Of a stretch of DNA of 64,000 bases, positions 1 through 13,700 are shown piece by piece (positions within the stretch are counted from its first letter, which is position 1; the number at the start of each line of letters is the position of its first letter). The position numbers and the translations under genes were made by a program. The notes beneath the pieces were generated by a model that saw only the letters and a list, made by a program, of their open reading frames with translations, was not told where the DNA came from and ran no database searches. The stretch comes from Octopus sinensis. Its lineage: Eukaryota. The DNA is taken from the NCBI RefSeq assembly GCF_006345805.1, contig NC_042999.1:129146001-129210000 (forward strand), written 5' to 3'.

Positions 1-1065
1 GATGGAACTCATGGAAGAGAGATACACAAGAAGACATGGAGCAAAGTACTGAAGGCCAATTTCAAGACACTGAGCCTTATGAAAAAGATGACAAAAGACT
101 GAAACATCTGGTACTTTGCTGTACTCAAGAAGATCCATCCACCAGAAAATCCATTGACTACAGCAGAACTAATATCTCAAACCACCTTGGTTAATGCTTG
201 TCAGTGAGGGGCTCTGCCCTATGTGCACTTGCATACTCTGCACCATCAACCATTTCCTTGCCCCCTTTCATCCTCTAACACTTTGCCCTGCTTTCTCAGT
301 TACCTCTTTCCCTGAATCACTTTCACTTCTCATTATCTTCCCCTGCCTACTGTCTCCACCAATCACCTCCTTTCTGTGCCTCCTCTCCACTGTGTTGTTC
401 TTCATCATTAACACCACTTATCTGCTATCACCCCCAATGCCCTAATATACCTACTGCAACCTCCGCCTCTGAGATTCTCCTATATTTCACTCCATCATTT
501 GCCTCAGTCACCTCTACTCTTCCCACCCACCCTGTCCAAACCTCTGTATCACTCCACTTATTCTCACCACCCCCTATGTCCCTCAAAGGCATGTCTCGAC
601 ACATCTTCATCACCAACTCTCTCACTATTGCTCTCTAACTCACTCTCCTTTTTCAACTGGAGTATTTATGTATGTACTCTGCAGCAGGACACCTAATCCT
701 GTACTTTTATACCTCTAATCTCTCATCAACAGGCACAAAGCCACACCCCACTCACTGCTATTTCCTTCTACACACTGAGGGGGATTTTTTTGTCTTGTAA
801 GTTACCAGGTGACCCTGTTGGTGCTGATGCCACATAAAAAGCACTAGGGTTGGTGCCATGTAAAAAGCACCCAGTACACTCTGTAAAGTGGTTGGCAATA
901 GGAAGGGCATCCAGCCATAGAAACCATGTCAAAACAGACAATGGATTGTGACCCTGGCCTTACTAGCTCCTGTCAAACAGTGAAACCCATACCAGCCTGG
1001 AAAATGAATATTAAATGATGATGATGATGACAATGATGATGATGATGATGATAATGGTGACGATG
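1..1065 (+). mobile_element. RTE-clade LINE 3' end: ORF C-terminus (1-~200), pyrimidine-rich spacer, conserved RTE/SINE tail ending in (GAT)n
   Basis: Frame 1 reads DGTHGREIHKKTWSKVLKANFKTLSLMKKMTKD*NIWYFAVLKKIHP, matching the RTE C-terminal GRGRPRKTW..V.K.DL...L..EMTKDR..W pattern. The tail has GTAAAAAGCACC..GGAAGGGCATCCAGCC..TTAAATGATGATG. Confidence 0.75.
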
Positions 1066-1183
1066 ATATCAACTGTAAAAGACTGAAATCTTTATACCCT
1101 TGGCTTTCTTTTCAAAATGTTTCGTATGGCATGCAAGATCTCTAACATGAAACATTTCACTGGAATACTGTATATGAAGCTAA

Positions 1184-1214
<31 letters not shown>

Positions 1215-1237
1215 TATGTAAACACACACACACACAC

Positions 1238-1297
<60 letters not shown>

Positions 1298-1552
1298 CAC
1301 ACACAGATGCAAAGTTGACCTAAGCATAAAGGGATGAAACTAAATAATACCATAAGATATTTTGTTCTCTACCCTACTGTTGATTCAATTACATTTATAA
1401 ATAAATGTAATTATTTAATCATTTTACATGTTTATATTTTACCAAGTTTTGATATATATATATATATATATATATATTCTAGTTCCTTTATGAGAAGGAG
1501 GAAATAGTTTCTGTTGAAGTCACCAGTATTCTTTTTGGAGTATTCTTTAGAG

Positions 1553-1755
1553 CAGTGGTTTTCAACCAGGGTTCCACCAGTTACAGTCCAGGGGTTCTGC
1601 AATAAGTTACAAAACTGCAAAAATCAGCAGTAATTTTTAATTCTCCTCTACAGATATGTGTGCATAATACTATTAAATTATTGCACAGGGGTACCTCGAG
1701 CCAGTGGAATGTTTCCTTGGGGTTCCACTCCAGCAAAAAGTTTGAAAAAGCACTG
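1553..1755. mobile_element. hAT (Charlie-type) MITE
   Basis: Termini CAGTGGTTTTCAACC / TTTGAAAAAGCACTG, with a perfect 8-bp TSD CTTTAGAG at 1545-1552 and 1756-1763. Confidence 0.88.
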
Positions 1756-2411
1756 CTTTAGAGTATGGAGAGACAGCATCCCCAAAGCATCAAACTGAAA
1801 CTTCTAAAAACCCCCCATCTAACCAGTAACATTGTATGAGTGCTGTTCATGGACCCTAAGGTAGCTGGCAGCATGCATTTAAGATGTTCTACAGGTAAAC
1901 ACTGGATCAGCTGAGCTGCACATAGAATGAATAAGTCAAATCTGGAGGAGGAGGTTGAGAAGTGGATGACAATGGCCAGACAGTGAAAACAGCCAAATTT
2001 TGCAACTGTAGTTACATCCCTATCATGGTTTCATATTTGTGTCCAGATATTTGGACAGTGATCTTTAACTGCCATTTTCAGAGAGTTTATGCCTCAAGAG
2101 TTTCCGTAGTTTTTCTTTATAATTTTATAGTTATTGCTGTTATTATCAATGCTACACTGTTTGAATTCATTTATTTGTTTTCCTTAACTGAATACTTTTA
2201 TTATAATTTTATTAATTTTATATTGTCAGATTTTGGGCAGAATCCATGTATTTACTCACAAATGCCCCACACATACAGATACACCATACAAACAAATAAT
2301 ACACACACACACAAGTATATCATAAATGTGTGTGTGTGTGTGTGTATGAGAGAGAGAGAACTAAATTTACAAATTTATATTTAAAAGATTGATGAGGACA
2401 ATACTTAAGAA

Positions 2412-2463
<52 letters not shown>

Positions 2464-2640
2464 AAATAAATTCAGACATCAAAGTCTACATACTTCTAGC
2501 AAAGTACCGTTATATTTTTGCAGAAAGGAAATTGTGTGCTTATGCATGTGTGTACAATAAACAAGTATTTGCTTATATGTATATACACATGCATATATAT
2601 ATATATGCAGGTGTATATATACATACACACACACACATAC

Positions 2641-2671
<31 letters not shown>

Positions 2672-2944
2672 TACAAATGCTATTTGCATGTACAAACACA
2701 TATTACATGCACATACACATATACACAGAAAATTACTCTTCACAGAAATAACTATGTTTCTCAGAAGCTGCATTATTTTAACTTTGAAATTTTTATTATT
2801 ATTATAATTATTATTATTATTATTTCAAGTTTAAATAACACTTAGACCCCAAAGTACAAAATAAAACAGTAAATTTTTAATCAAACAAACAGTAAAAATA
2901 AAATATTTATGACCTTAGAAAATTGTCTTCCAACCTAACAAATT

Positions 2945-2982
<38 letters not shown>

Positions 2983-4700
2983 ACAAATTTCCATAAAAAA
3001 TATTTTTTTAACATGTGCGCACTTATACACATATATTTGGAAAACAGCAAGTAATATCTATAAAGCACAATCTTCAAAAACATAAAAAAAAAGTATGAGT
3101 CATACACTGCTGATATAAATCAAATTTCTAGTTCCAATATAAATTACCAAGTAAGCTCATTCTCCATATCAACCAGTATACCAATAGAAAGAAGAAAAGA
3201 GATTTTAGTGTTGGTTTCAGTAACACAAACACACTGAATACATATTTCAAATAGTAGCAAGTGTTCTTTACATGTAGGCCAGCCCTGAAGGAAATCCAAC
3301 CATGACTATCCCGTCTTTTTTTTTTTTTTTTTTTCAGAAATAATAAATCCAGAACACACTATCTAATGTGTCCTTCCTGTCTTAAGAGAGAGTAGGGGCG
3401 TGATCTAAAGATTTGACAGCTATTTGTAGCAGATTGAGTAACTACATAGAGGCTCCTTAAGCTCGATTTCAAACTGTCATTCATGATGGTGGTGGTGTGA
3501 GGGTGTTGTGGTGGGTGAAAGAGAAAAAGAAGAACAGCGTAAAATAGAGTTTTTATTTTGTGTGCATTTAGTTTATTGTATTGCAATTTCAAGTTAAACC
3601 AGTATGCAAACATGTATGCATGTATGAGTGCACACACATACATACATACAAATCAAACAATAAGTATATTGTGCATGAGTAAAACAAAAATATTAAACAG
3701 ATACAATGTGTGTGTGTGTGTGTGTGTGTGCATGTGTGTTTGTGTACGTATGTACACTTTTGTGTATATTACATCGTAAAATATATTCTGAGACAAAATA
3801 ATATCATTAAGCAATGTGTTTTGGTTTTGTTTTCTGATAAATAATTGTCTAACCTAAGCTACATTTAGTCACTAAAAGAAAGTTAAACTGCTATTTCTTT
3901 AAAATCAAAATTGAAATTACATGTTTTAATATTTAAAAAAAAAACATTTGCAAAATACAAAAACCACATATGAAACAATATAAAAATGGAAATATCAACT
4001 GAAAATATTTTAACCAAATTTAAGGACAAAATCACACACACACACACACATACACAAATGTGCGTACGGGTGTGTGTGTGTGTGTGTGCACACATGTGAG
4101 TATGTATGTAGAATGGAACCTAAGAAAGGAAATCAATAAATGATTTAACTTGACCAAAAATAACAACAGAATAAAAATAGTCCAGGTACTAACCGCTTAT
4201 AGCAGTAATTCTTATCCATAAACAAAGATGCCAGGTATTTCCCCCAAAATGACCACCAAATTCTAGAGATGCTAAAGCTTTCCATAATCAGCTGACTGAA
4301 CGTGAAATATACACCACGCTGTTCTGCAGGTCAGGTAGACAAAGAATACTCAAAGCTGAGTAGAAATAATGAGATATTGACTGTAGATAAATAACAGACA
4401 TGCTAAAAGTGGATGATGAAGTAGCTGTTGAGCAGGGAAATGGTGACCTTCAAATTTTCCTCATTTAAGTTGATTAGTAAAGAACAGGAACACTGTTTTG
4501 TAATTGTTGCTTCAACAGAAGAGTTATATCACTTTTACAGTGCATCAGCATAACCAGCATCATTACTGCTGCAACAATGTCACAATTCTAGCTAACTTGT
4601 GCAATAAGATGTAGTAAGAAGTAAACTGAAAAAGAAACACCCAGGAGTAGGAAGGGAGGAGGAGAATGTTTTACTTCTTTATGGAAACAGTGAAAGTAAA

Positions 4701-4925
4701 CATGTTCTATTCCAGTAGATAATTTTATTTTGATTCCTATTTAAATGTAAACAGTGAAATTCTATCTTAACATGTTTTATTCTAGTAAATAAATTTATTT
4801 TGATTCCTATTTAAATGTAAACAGTGAAATTCTATCTTAACATGTTTTATTCTAGTAAATAAATTTATTTTGATTCCTATTTAAATGTAAACAGCGAAAT
4901 TCTGTCTATTTCTTAAATGTAAACA
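4701..4925. repeat. 70-bp minisatellite, 3 copies plus a partial
   Basis: Units start at 4701, 4771 and 4841 (CATGTT.TATT..AGTA.AT...TTTATTTTGATTCCTATTTAAATGTAAACAG.GAAATTCT). Confidence 0.92.
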
Positions 4926-5430
4926 GTTTTATTCTCATTCATAAATAGTGTTTTTTTGTTTGTTTTTAATAAATAAAAAAGAATAATAGAAGCCCCATAC
5001 CAAATAAAAGCAAGGTCACAGGCATTCATATTTAAAAATAAAGAAATAAAATCTAGGAGAAGCACAAAATAAGGGTCACAGAAATGGCTCTAAGAAATAA
5101 GTTACAGGAACAGAACTGTAAATTTACAAATGATAAGAAAAGACAAATAAATGTATATATGAAGTGTAATATTAAATTAACAATCACAAAAAGTGATTTT
5201 AATTCATAAGGAGTATTACATATAGACTTACATATCATATAATGCTAATGGTTTGGCAGAAAATACACTTGCTATTTTTTCTAGTCTTTTCCATTTCAGG
5301 TGCTTGTTATTTCCCCAACATAGGGAGCATGAATTACATTCAGTTAAAATTAATATTTACATCTTTTGTATAGTCTCAAGGCTAACTTCAATGGAAGTGT
5401 TAATACAACTGATCCCTAAAACAAAACTAC

Positions 5431-5700
5431 CATCCTCTTCATCATTGTTTTAATGTAAACCATTCCGTGCTTGTATGAGTCAGACAGAATTCATAGAGGC
5501 AGATTTTCTACAGCCAGATGCTCTTCCTGTCACTAACCTCTTACTTGTTTCCAAGCAAGGTAATATTTCCTCATGGCCAAACAAGCTTTTACAGCAGGTT
5601 GGGTATAAAGGCCATTGTTTGTATGGCAGTGAAGATTTCTTATGATGTAGTGCATGATGCCAAGACAAGGAGACACAAACACATACATATACACATGCAC
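5431..5700 (-). mobile_element. SINE 3' portion (RTE-like tail, 'type B')
   Basis: CATCATTGTTTTAATG..CAGCCAGATGCTCTTCCTGTCAC..CCAAGCAAGGTAATATTTCC, shared with the copies at 8985, 22690 and 27290. Confidence 0.7.
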
Positions 5701-6154
5701 ACACATACACATACACATTTAGATTATTTGCAAACAAATTGCAGATACAAGGGCTACCAGCCGAAAGTTCTACATACCAAACACTAGCAGGCTTATGGGG
5801 TCATCAGGAGAGAATGCATGCCATTTCAAGGCCTTCCTCTTGACACTAATGCATACTAGCCCCACTTGCTAGATCAACTAGTTTGTAGGCTTCAATCAAT
5901 ATTCTTCTAGCCACTGTTCATCATCTCTTTTTAACTAAATCTAGTGGCTTGCCTTCTCCACTGTAGCCTGGATATCGCTTGTGATTGTATTTGCTTTACA
6001 TTGAGTTAGGCCTAATATCAACCATCACTTCATTCTGTTTCCAATGAATCCTCTATTTTCCAGCCTGCATCTTTACGAACCAGATTATGCCTCCAACAAT
6101 ATCCATCCGATGCCTATATATATATATATATATTATATATATATATATATATAT

Positions 6155-6865
6155 ATCATCCTCATCATCATCATCATTTAACATCCGCTCTCCATGCTGG
6201 CATAGGTTAGACAGCTTGACTGGAGCTGATGAGCTGGAGAACTGCACCAGGTTCCAGTCTGATTTGGCATGGTTACTACTGCTGGATGTCCTTCCTAATG
6301 CCAGCCACTCCAGGAGCGTAATGGATGCTTTTACGTGCCCTCAGCATGGGTGTTGTTTACATGACACAAGCAACAACCATGACTACAATTCATGGGTGCC
6401 ATGTACATGTTACTGGCACTGACCATGACTACGATGCACAGGTGCCATTTACATGGCACTGGCAGTGACCACAATGATTTCCAGGTGACATTTACATGAT
6501 ACCATCAACAACCATGACTGCGGTGCACAGTTGTGTCATTTACATGGCACCAGAAACAACCATAACTACAATGCACGGGTGCTATTCACATGATACTGGC
6601 ACTAAAATTACGATTTCACTTGGCCTGACAAGTTTTCTTGTGCACAGCATATCACCAGAGGTCTCAGTCACTTGTCACCACCTCTGTGAGGCTCGTGTGT
6701 ATGATGGGCTTCTTTCAGTTTCCATTGACCAAATCCACTCACAAAGCTTTGGTCAGCTTGCAGCAACAGAAGACACTTGCCTAAGGTGATACACAACAAG
6801 ACTAGGGCAGAACCCAAAACCATGTGGTTGGAAAGCAAACTACCTAACCATACAACTATGTCTAC
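6155..6865 (-). mobile_element. Composite tRNA-derived SINE: head/core, ~46-bp module array and RTE-like tail ('type C')
   Basis: Core CAAATCCACTCACAAAGCTTTGG..GAAGACACTTGCCTAAGG at 6730-6790, about 6 degenerate modules at 6330-6610, and (CAT)n tail at 6155-6180. Confidence 0.75.
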
Positions 6866-7044
6866 CACCTAAAGGGATGAAGGGTAAAGTTAGCTGTGAC
6901 AGAATCTGAACTCCGATTCAAAAAGGCTAAAATATTTTCTTAAATAATTTCAGATTGAATGTTGAAGAAAAATAGGAAAGCAGTTAAATCTGAGGCACAT
7001 TGGTGATTAAGTAAAATCACTTTAACCAAAATCTATATTATAAT

Positions 7045-7250
7045 AAAGCCGATGTATTGTTGTTAAGGCAAAATGCTTAGCAGCAATTCATCTGTCTTAA
7101 CATTCTAAGTTCAAATTCTGCTGAGGTTGACTTTGCCTTTCATCCTTTCAAGTTCAACACGGTAAGTACCAATTCCATACTGGGGTTGTGACTGACTTAC
7201 CTCCTCTCACAAAGTTACTGACTTGTGCCAAAATTTGAAATTATCATTAC
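7045..7250 (+). mobile_element. tRNA-derived SINE, second head family (GCCTTTCATCCTTT..GTACCAGT..CTGGGGTCGATG core)
   Basis: B-box-like AGTTCAAATTCTGC followed by GACTTTGCCTTTCATCCTTTC. Homologous to the young copy at 32635-32870. Confidence 0.7.
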
Positions 7251-8064
7251 TATTGAATTAGTCTGGCCCTGACAGTTGAAGTTTGCAACTTGGTTTCTAT
7301 TTCTGGCTGCATATATTTCTTTTGCTTATGTTGTTAATGGACTAGAGAAAGGCATTTATATCACACAAACATATTTCACATACACTACAGTTCTCAGGTG
7401 TTTTACCTAATTTTGAAAAAAAAAAAAACAAAAAAAAAAAACAAAGGAAAAAGATCAGGGATTATAGTGAAACAAAAAGGATTCCCTTTCACATACTATT
7501 TCAAAACCTGTTTAGAGACACTTCACTTCCCTTGTGTTACTAATGTTCTAGCATAAAGCATGAATATCTCAAGACCCATTAAATCACAATTTCTTAAAAA
7601 TATACAGTCTGTTTTATATTTTATAACCATGGAGCACAATGTCAAAATAACCAGAATGCTTACATTACAAAGTCCAAAACTTAATGCCAAACTGTTCAAG
7701 ATTCATGTCTCATTTGTCCTACATTGCCTTTCAATTACAGTAATATTCAAATACAAAGTGTCTGTAAGAGAGTGACTTAGATTATATCAACTATAAGGTA
7801 AACAATATTGTTAGGAATAACAACTAGTATTAATTTCTACCTTACAGAAAAAGTTCCTTTTGTAAATGAGGAGAGGCTATAGCTGACATGAATCTAGTAT
7901 TTTATACTGGTGATACTTTTTATTTTATTTGACCTGTAATCCTCTTCTGCCTCATCATCATTGTTGTTATCATTAATTTTATAATATCCATGTTAACAAG
8001 ATGATTTGGATTAAATCAGCTAAGACCGGTATAAATACTTGCACCAGGCTGTCCATCTACATTG

Positions 8065-8275
8065 GTTTCAAATTTTGGCACAAGGCCAGCAATTCTGTTG
8101 GGGAGGGGTAAGTCATTTACATTGACCCCAGTGCTCAACTGGTACTAATTTTATTGACCCTGAAAGGATGAAGTGTAAAGTTGACTTCAGCGGAATTTGA
8201 ATTCACATAAAGATGAAATGCCACCAAGCATTTTACCCCTGAGCTAATGATTCTGCCAGTTCACCATCTTATAGC
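8065..8275 (-). mobile_element. tRNA-derived SINE, second head family
   Basis: GACCCCAGTGCTCAACTGGTACTAATTTTATTGACCCTGAAAGGATGAAG..GGAATTTGAA is the reverse complement of the same core. Confidence 0.75.
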
Positions 8276-8984
8276 TTATATCTATATTATCCATTTGCAT
8301 AACATGCCCAATGCAGACCTATTAATCAATTATCTAAGCATTTAATCAGTATTTTTTTATATACTTAATTGGGGTTTCATATGTACATTGCATAACCAAT
8401 AGATCATAGTAATGTTTCTTTTCCTTTTTCAAGCAGATTCTGATCTATTTCTTTCAACTGCTCTACACATTTCTGTCACACACCTTACAATAGCTTAAAT
8501 CTCCAGTGATTTCTGCTCTCTTAAAGGTCATCCTCACTTGACATTGGCACAAACACTTCCATTCACCACAATTTAGAGAACATTATGTCTTTACCAGTTT
8601 CCTTGGTCTTAATCAATTTCCAAATATCTCCCACTTTAAAGCAATCATAGGTTTGGTCATAGGACAATTTTTGTTAACAGTTACATTACGGCATCAATTA
8701 AGTGAACAGGACTATTTAAAAATCTATATGTTTGTTCAATAGCCACATTGCAATACAGGTAAGAGGACCCAATTATCATTCCTACCAATTTGAACATCTG
8801 TATCTTATTATGAAATAAAATTATATAAAGATTATATTCAACATATTGCTCAGTAAGCATGTATAATTCAAATATTGCAATAATCAAAAATATAAAACAA
8901 AACAGTGATAGTTTTGTACTCTTTTTATAGAAATAATTTACAAGCTATGAATTACAACCTAATATATCAGTGATATTTCAACAT

Positions 8985-9320
8985 CATCATCATTTTAATG
9001 AACACTTTTCCATGCTTGCATGGGTCAGATGGAATTTATTGGGACAGATTATGGCCAGATGCCCTTCCTGTCACCAATCTTCACCAAGCAAGGTAATATT
9101 TCCCCATGGCCAGATATACTTTTCATGAAAGACTGGAAATGAACACTGCTTGTTTACAACCACTGCAAGATGTTAAAACTAGTGGACACACACACACGAT
9201 GGACTTTTTCCACTCTCAAGATTTTGACCCACCTAGGACTATAATAGAAGACACTTGCCTAAGGTGCTGCACAGTGGGAGTGAACCTGAAACCATGTCTG
9301 GGAATAAAGCTTCTTAACCA
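8985..9320 (-). mobile_element. tRNA-derived SINE, type B tail
   Basis: (CAT)n tail, GATGCCCTTCCTGTCACC, then core GAAGACACTTGCCTAAGGTGCTGCACAGTGGGAGTGAACC. Confidence 0.75.
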
Positions 9321-9884
9321 CAAATTAAATAATTTTAGATATAAGAAGTGGAAAGATTAAGCTCTTAATCAAAACGCCATTCAAAAATAACCAAAAATAA
9401 ACATTAAGAAAAGAATTAGCAAATAATAGGATTTTTGGAATTGAAATTAACATCTAGTTCTTAGGTGATGAAATGCAACTGAAATGTTAAAAACATTTCA
9501 CTACATTATGGGTTCCTTCATAGTAAAAAGAAAAATATTGATTCCAGAACTATTTATGTTCAAAAATCTCTACTTTGAATCCAGATTGTAATTTATAGTT
9601 AATAGGTACATTTTCTTCGAAGAATCAATGCCTAATCATGATATTGGCTAACAGATTGCTAAAAATACTGTAATTTGCTCTTCTTAAACAAGTTGACATT
9701 ATAAAAGATTACTAGCTAGAGAGCACCTAAACTGAGATGAAATAAAATGAAACATTCTCAGAAATATCCTACTTAATATCGGAAGGAAAAGACATAAAAA
9801 GGGAAACAAAATACAAAAATAATGAACCAGTCTATTTGGATCACTTTACATGAATTTATAGTCAGACACTTAGAGGCAAAATAT

Positions 9885-10090
9885 ATCTACTCAAGCTTAA
9901 ATACTCAAAGGTGAGCTACTCATATATTCATACTGAAACAAAAGCTGCCTACATGCCTTAAAGGTTAACTACCCTATACTAAATACATAAAGCAAACATC
10001 CTCACAAAGCTTAAAAGTAAGCAACTCAGGGCTAAAACAAACTACTCAAGAGTAACAGACACCTAAAAGCAAACTATTCATACTACAATG
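9885..10090. repeat. Degenerate ~21-bp minisatellite, consensus about CTTAAAGGTAAGCTACTCATA
   Basis: Units such as CTCAAAGGTGAGCTACTCATA, CTTAAAGGTTAACTACCCTATA, CTTAAAAGTAAGCAACTCAGG and CCTAAAAGCAAACTATTCATA. Confidence 0.6.
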
Positions 10091-10459
10091 TTCAACTAGA
10101 AATAAACTACTGGGATCTCCTGATACAAGAAACCAATAATGCTAAGATAAGATATTCTGCTACAAGATAATTACCAATGCTTGGGAATCCCAAGTATGAT
10201 AATAGGCTGTTAATAACCTGCTTTAAGATAGATGGACTAGTGAAATAGCACCCATAAAAAATATTCTGTAGAGGGTTAAGTCATAAATTATTTTTCTTGG
10301 AAAAAGAGTAAATTCTTGATTTTATTGTATATAATTATAGTTGCATATAGGTACTGTTTTATGAATGTGTTTTGGAATTTCTAGTAAATAAAGTCTTGAA
10401 TGACAAAATATAGATAAACATCTAGAAATTTTTCCATAGCCATCTATGTATCACACTGA

Positions 10460-10491
<32 letters not shown>

Positions 10492-10668
10492 GATTGACAG
10501 GCATGACACTGTTTTCTTTTTTAGGTCTGAGAAAAAAATCTCTTCATAAACATGCAGTATTAAAAACAATTTATATAGGAGTAAGGCAAACATCATCCCA
10601 GCAGTGACCCACAAGAGCATCAAATGCACTTTGGCTTTGTCAACAATGTGTACTCGCTAGTCATATGT

Positions 10669-10745
10669 CTAGATGAAAACCATCCCCTTAAGTATATAGG
10701 AAACAGTGAATAATACACCCACTGACAGTGCAGATAACCACCAAG
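10669..10745 (-). CDS. Putative terminal coding exon of an unrecognised gene, encoding a hydrophobic C-terminus (S)WWLSALSVGVLFTVSYILKGMVFI*
   Basis: Acceptor TTTTTTTTCAG; phase 1 matches the exon at 21025-21074; the helix looks like a tail anchor; AATAAA on the minus strand at ~10321. Confidence 0.35.
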
Positions 10746-13700
10746 CTGAAAAAAAACTCAGTGTACACAAATAAAACAGCATTAAATTAAAATATCCATG
10801 TATGTATTATACTTAAAGTATATACACCATTGACAGGCAAGCTATTGTGGGTTTTGTATGAGAAAATCTCTTTATAAGCAGACTGTGTTATAAATACAAT
10901 ACACATCAGAGCAAGACAAGCATTGTTCTAGCAGTAACCTATGAGATTCACAGCATCATGCCTATTAACAGCATGTGTATATATGTTAAATATGATACAT
11001 GAATAGATATTTTAATTCAATCCTATTTCAATTATATACTTCAAAATTTTTCCATTATCTAGGAATACATTTTCATTACATAGATTTGTCAAATTACTAG
11101 AGTGATTTTTGGATTCACTTGTACCATACTAGTAGCAATATGATGTTACTTTCAATAGAGACCTTCTAACTGTATTTCAGTTCCATAGAGTAAAAAAAAC
11201 GAATGCCTTGTAACAGGATATGAATAAGAGCCTTTATCGTTTGTCCTAACTGACCAATAACTTAAGAATATACGACTAAATCAGCTTATACAAAAATATA
11301 AAAAATGAGAGGAGAAACAGGATTTAAATGTGCCAGCATAAAAGTTTACAAGTGATAAAAATTATCAGTTTTTCAGAGAAGGAGGAAGCATTTCAATCAC
11401 TGAGATTTAAACTTAGAAAGAATGTCATTGATGGAAGCAGTCAAAATATTGGATATCTAAATTTTAAACATCCTAAAGCCAACTTGGCAGTATTCCACAA
11501 GTAAATAGTAATTCATTGAAGAAAAACAAATCTTAGAATGTAAGTACTGCAGATGTTGTATCTAAATATTTGGCAATGTTGTGAAAAGAAAAAGAAAACT
11601 TCCTATAAAAAGTATGAAAATTAATATTTAGAAATTGTTATTTGCCCTACCCCACATACACACTTTCAAAAAATAAATATTTGTGCAAATACAGGATATG
11701 AAAAACACAACACCAATAACAATTCTTAGAAATAACTACTATGACCAATCTGTAACCTTACACAGCTATTCACCTGACTTTTAGTCAGAAATAATCTTTC
11801 CACAAAATGACTAGTTATCTAGTAAAATTTTCTAACACAGCCACAAAACTGGAGGAAAGTGACAGACAACTAAATCAACCCCAGTACTTGACTGGTATTT
11901 TAATGTAAAGAACTGGAACAAAAAACAAAAAGCAGTATATCTGGCATTCTAATTACTCTTGCCGATCCATCACCCTCTAATACTGATAAACATATATTTT
12001 AAAAACAACAAAAATCCTAGATCAGGCCCAAATACATTTACATTTTCAATTTGCTGTAAAAAGGGATTACTTATTGAAATAATGTTTAATTTCCTACTAA
12101 ATAATTTATTATTATTATTATTATTTTACTTTGTTTTATATTGATTTTTCTACGCCAGTTAAGGTGAGTTATTTGTGTTGAAGAAATTCAATACAAATTA
12201 TAACACAAATATATCTAGTTATAAATTCTTTTTATAACTAGATATATTTGTTAATGCTTTATTTTTCAAATGTAATGAGACTTCACACTTTCATTGGATT
12301 CCACCTCATACTTAACTATACGTGCCAGCCAAGAGATTTTTTTTTTTTAATGCTAAGCATTTAAGCAGGAAGATGAAGTATACCACGCAGGAGTTATATG
12401 CCTTACCTAAGAATATAATGCAATGTGTTATACTTCAGTTTGCAATCATCACCTATTAGTCATTAGTACAGAACTTTAACATTGCAACTATATATTTCTA
12501 ATTATAATTTTGATAATCAAAGTATATTAGTTAATATTATTTCATGAATACATCAGAAATGTCTAAGTATAAATGAAATCAGATCATTTTTTTTTTCTTT
12601 TTCAGACCATTCTGGAACATTCTAAATGTTTCAAAACAACTGAAAAATAAAAGAAACTAAATGATTTAGATATTGGTCTACTAATCAAAATGTCACAAAC
12701 TCAGAGCTTGTTACTAATACTATGTTCCAAGACAAAATACACAATATGACATATTTCATTTTACCTATGTAATTTAATAAGAAAATATACAATCAATTAA
12801 AGTCCAAAAATATGAAACACTTTTAAATAACAAGGAGGAAGCTTAATTCAAGTGGAAAACACTTTCTCTTCGCTAAATTTATTTTTTCTTTTTCTAAATC
12901 TAATTTACTTGTTCTACATTATGCAACTGTCAAATACACTGACACCAATCTTGGATAGCTATGATAGTTCACTAACAAATAATAGATAGGCTTTTTCAAT
13001 TTTGGAGAAAGTAATTAATGTTAACAAAGGTGCAAAGAATTTTATTATAAGTATTTGAAGAAATTAACAGAACTATGTTTCAGCATGAATATCAGCTTCG
13101 TGTGTCAAATGAGTAATTCAAACCTAAAGCATACCTTTGAAAAACATATATGAAAGCAACTGGAAAATAACATTATTTTGGTGTTATTTAACAAGTGAAT
13201 GCTAAGTAGTACAGGAATGTAATTAGAATGGATGATGAGAACTCTTTAGAGATAAGTTGTAAATTGGTAATGGACTTAGATCAAATTGCAATTAGAATGG
13301 GGTCAGAAAGACTGACATAGTAAAGTGTTGACATTAACACCGGAAATGCTCAAGGACAAACAGTTAAAGAAAAGCCATTTTGCTCATTTATCTATTCTAT
13401 TCAATCATGCAAAAATAAACATTAAAAAACATGAATAGAAATCTTAAACGTATGCAAGTGTGTATGTGTGTGTGCGTGTGATGTGTGGGTGTATATGGTG
13501 TGGTGTGATGTGTGTGTGTGTGAGAGGGGTGCATGTAAGCTTTTTATTCATGTTTCTCTTAAAGTTTGACAAAACTTCAATTGCAAGCTGTTTAAATACA
13601 TTCACACCCACTATATAATTGTGAGTTACACTTTAATAATGTTAGCAGTCACATTGGAAATGAGAGTAGAGTGTGGAGGGTAGGAGACAGTGGAATCATC

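Noticed and set aside
206-720. Pyrimidine-rich block as a Penelope GIY-YIG C-terminus
   Set aside because: The resemblance is only compositional, and no motif could be read with confidence.
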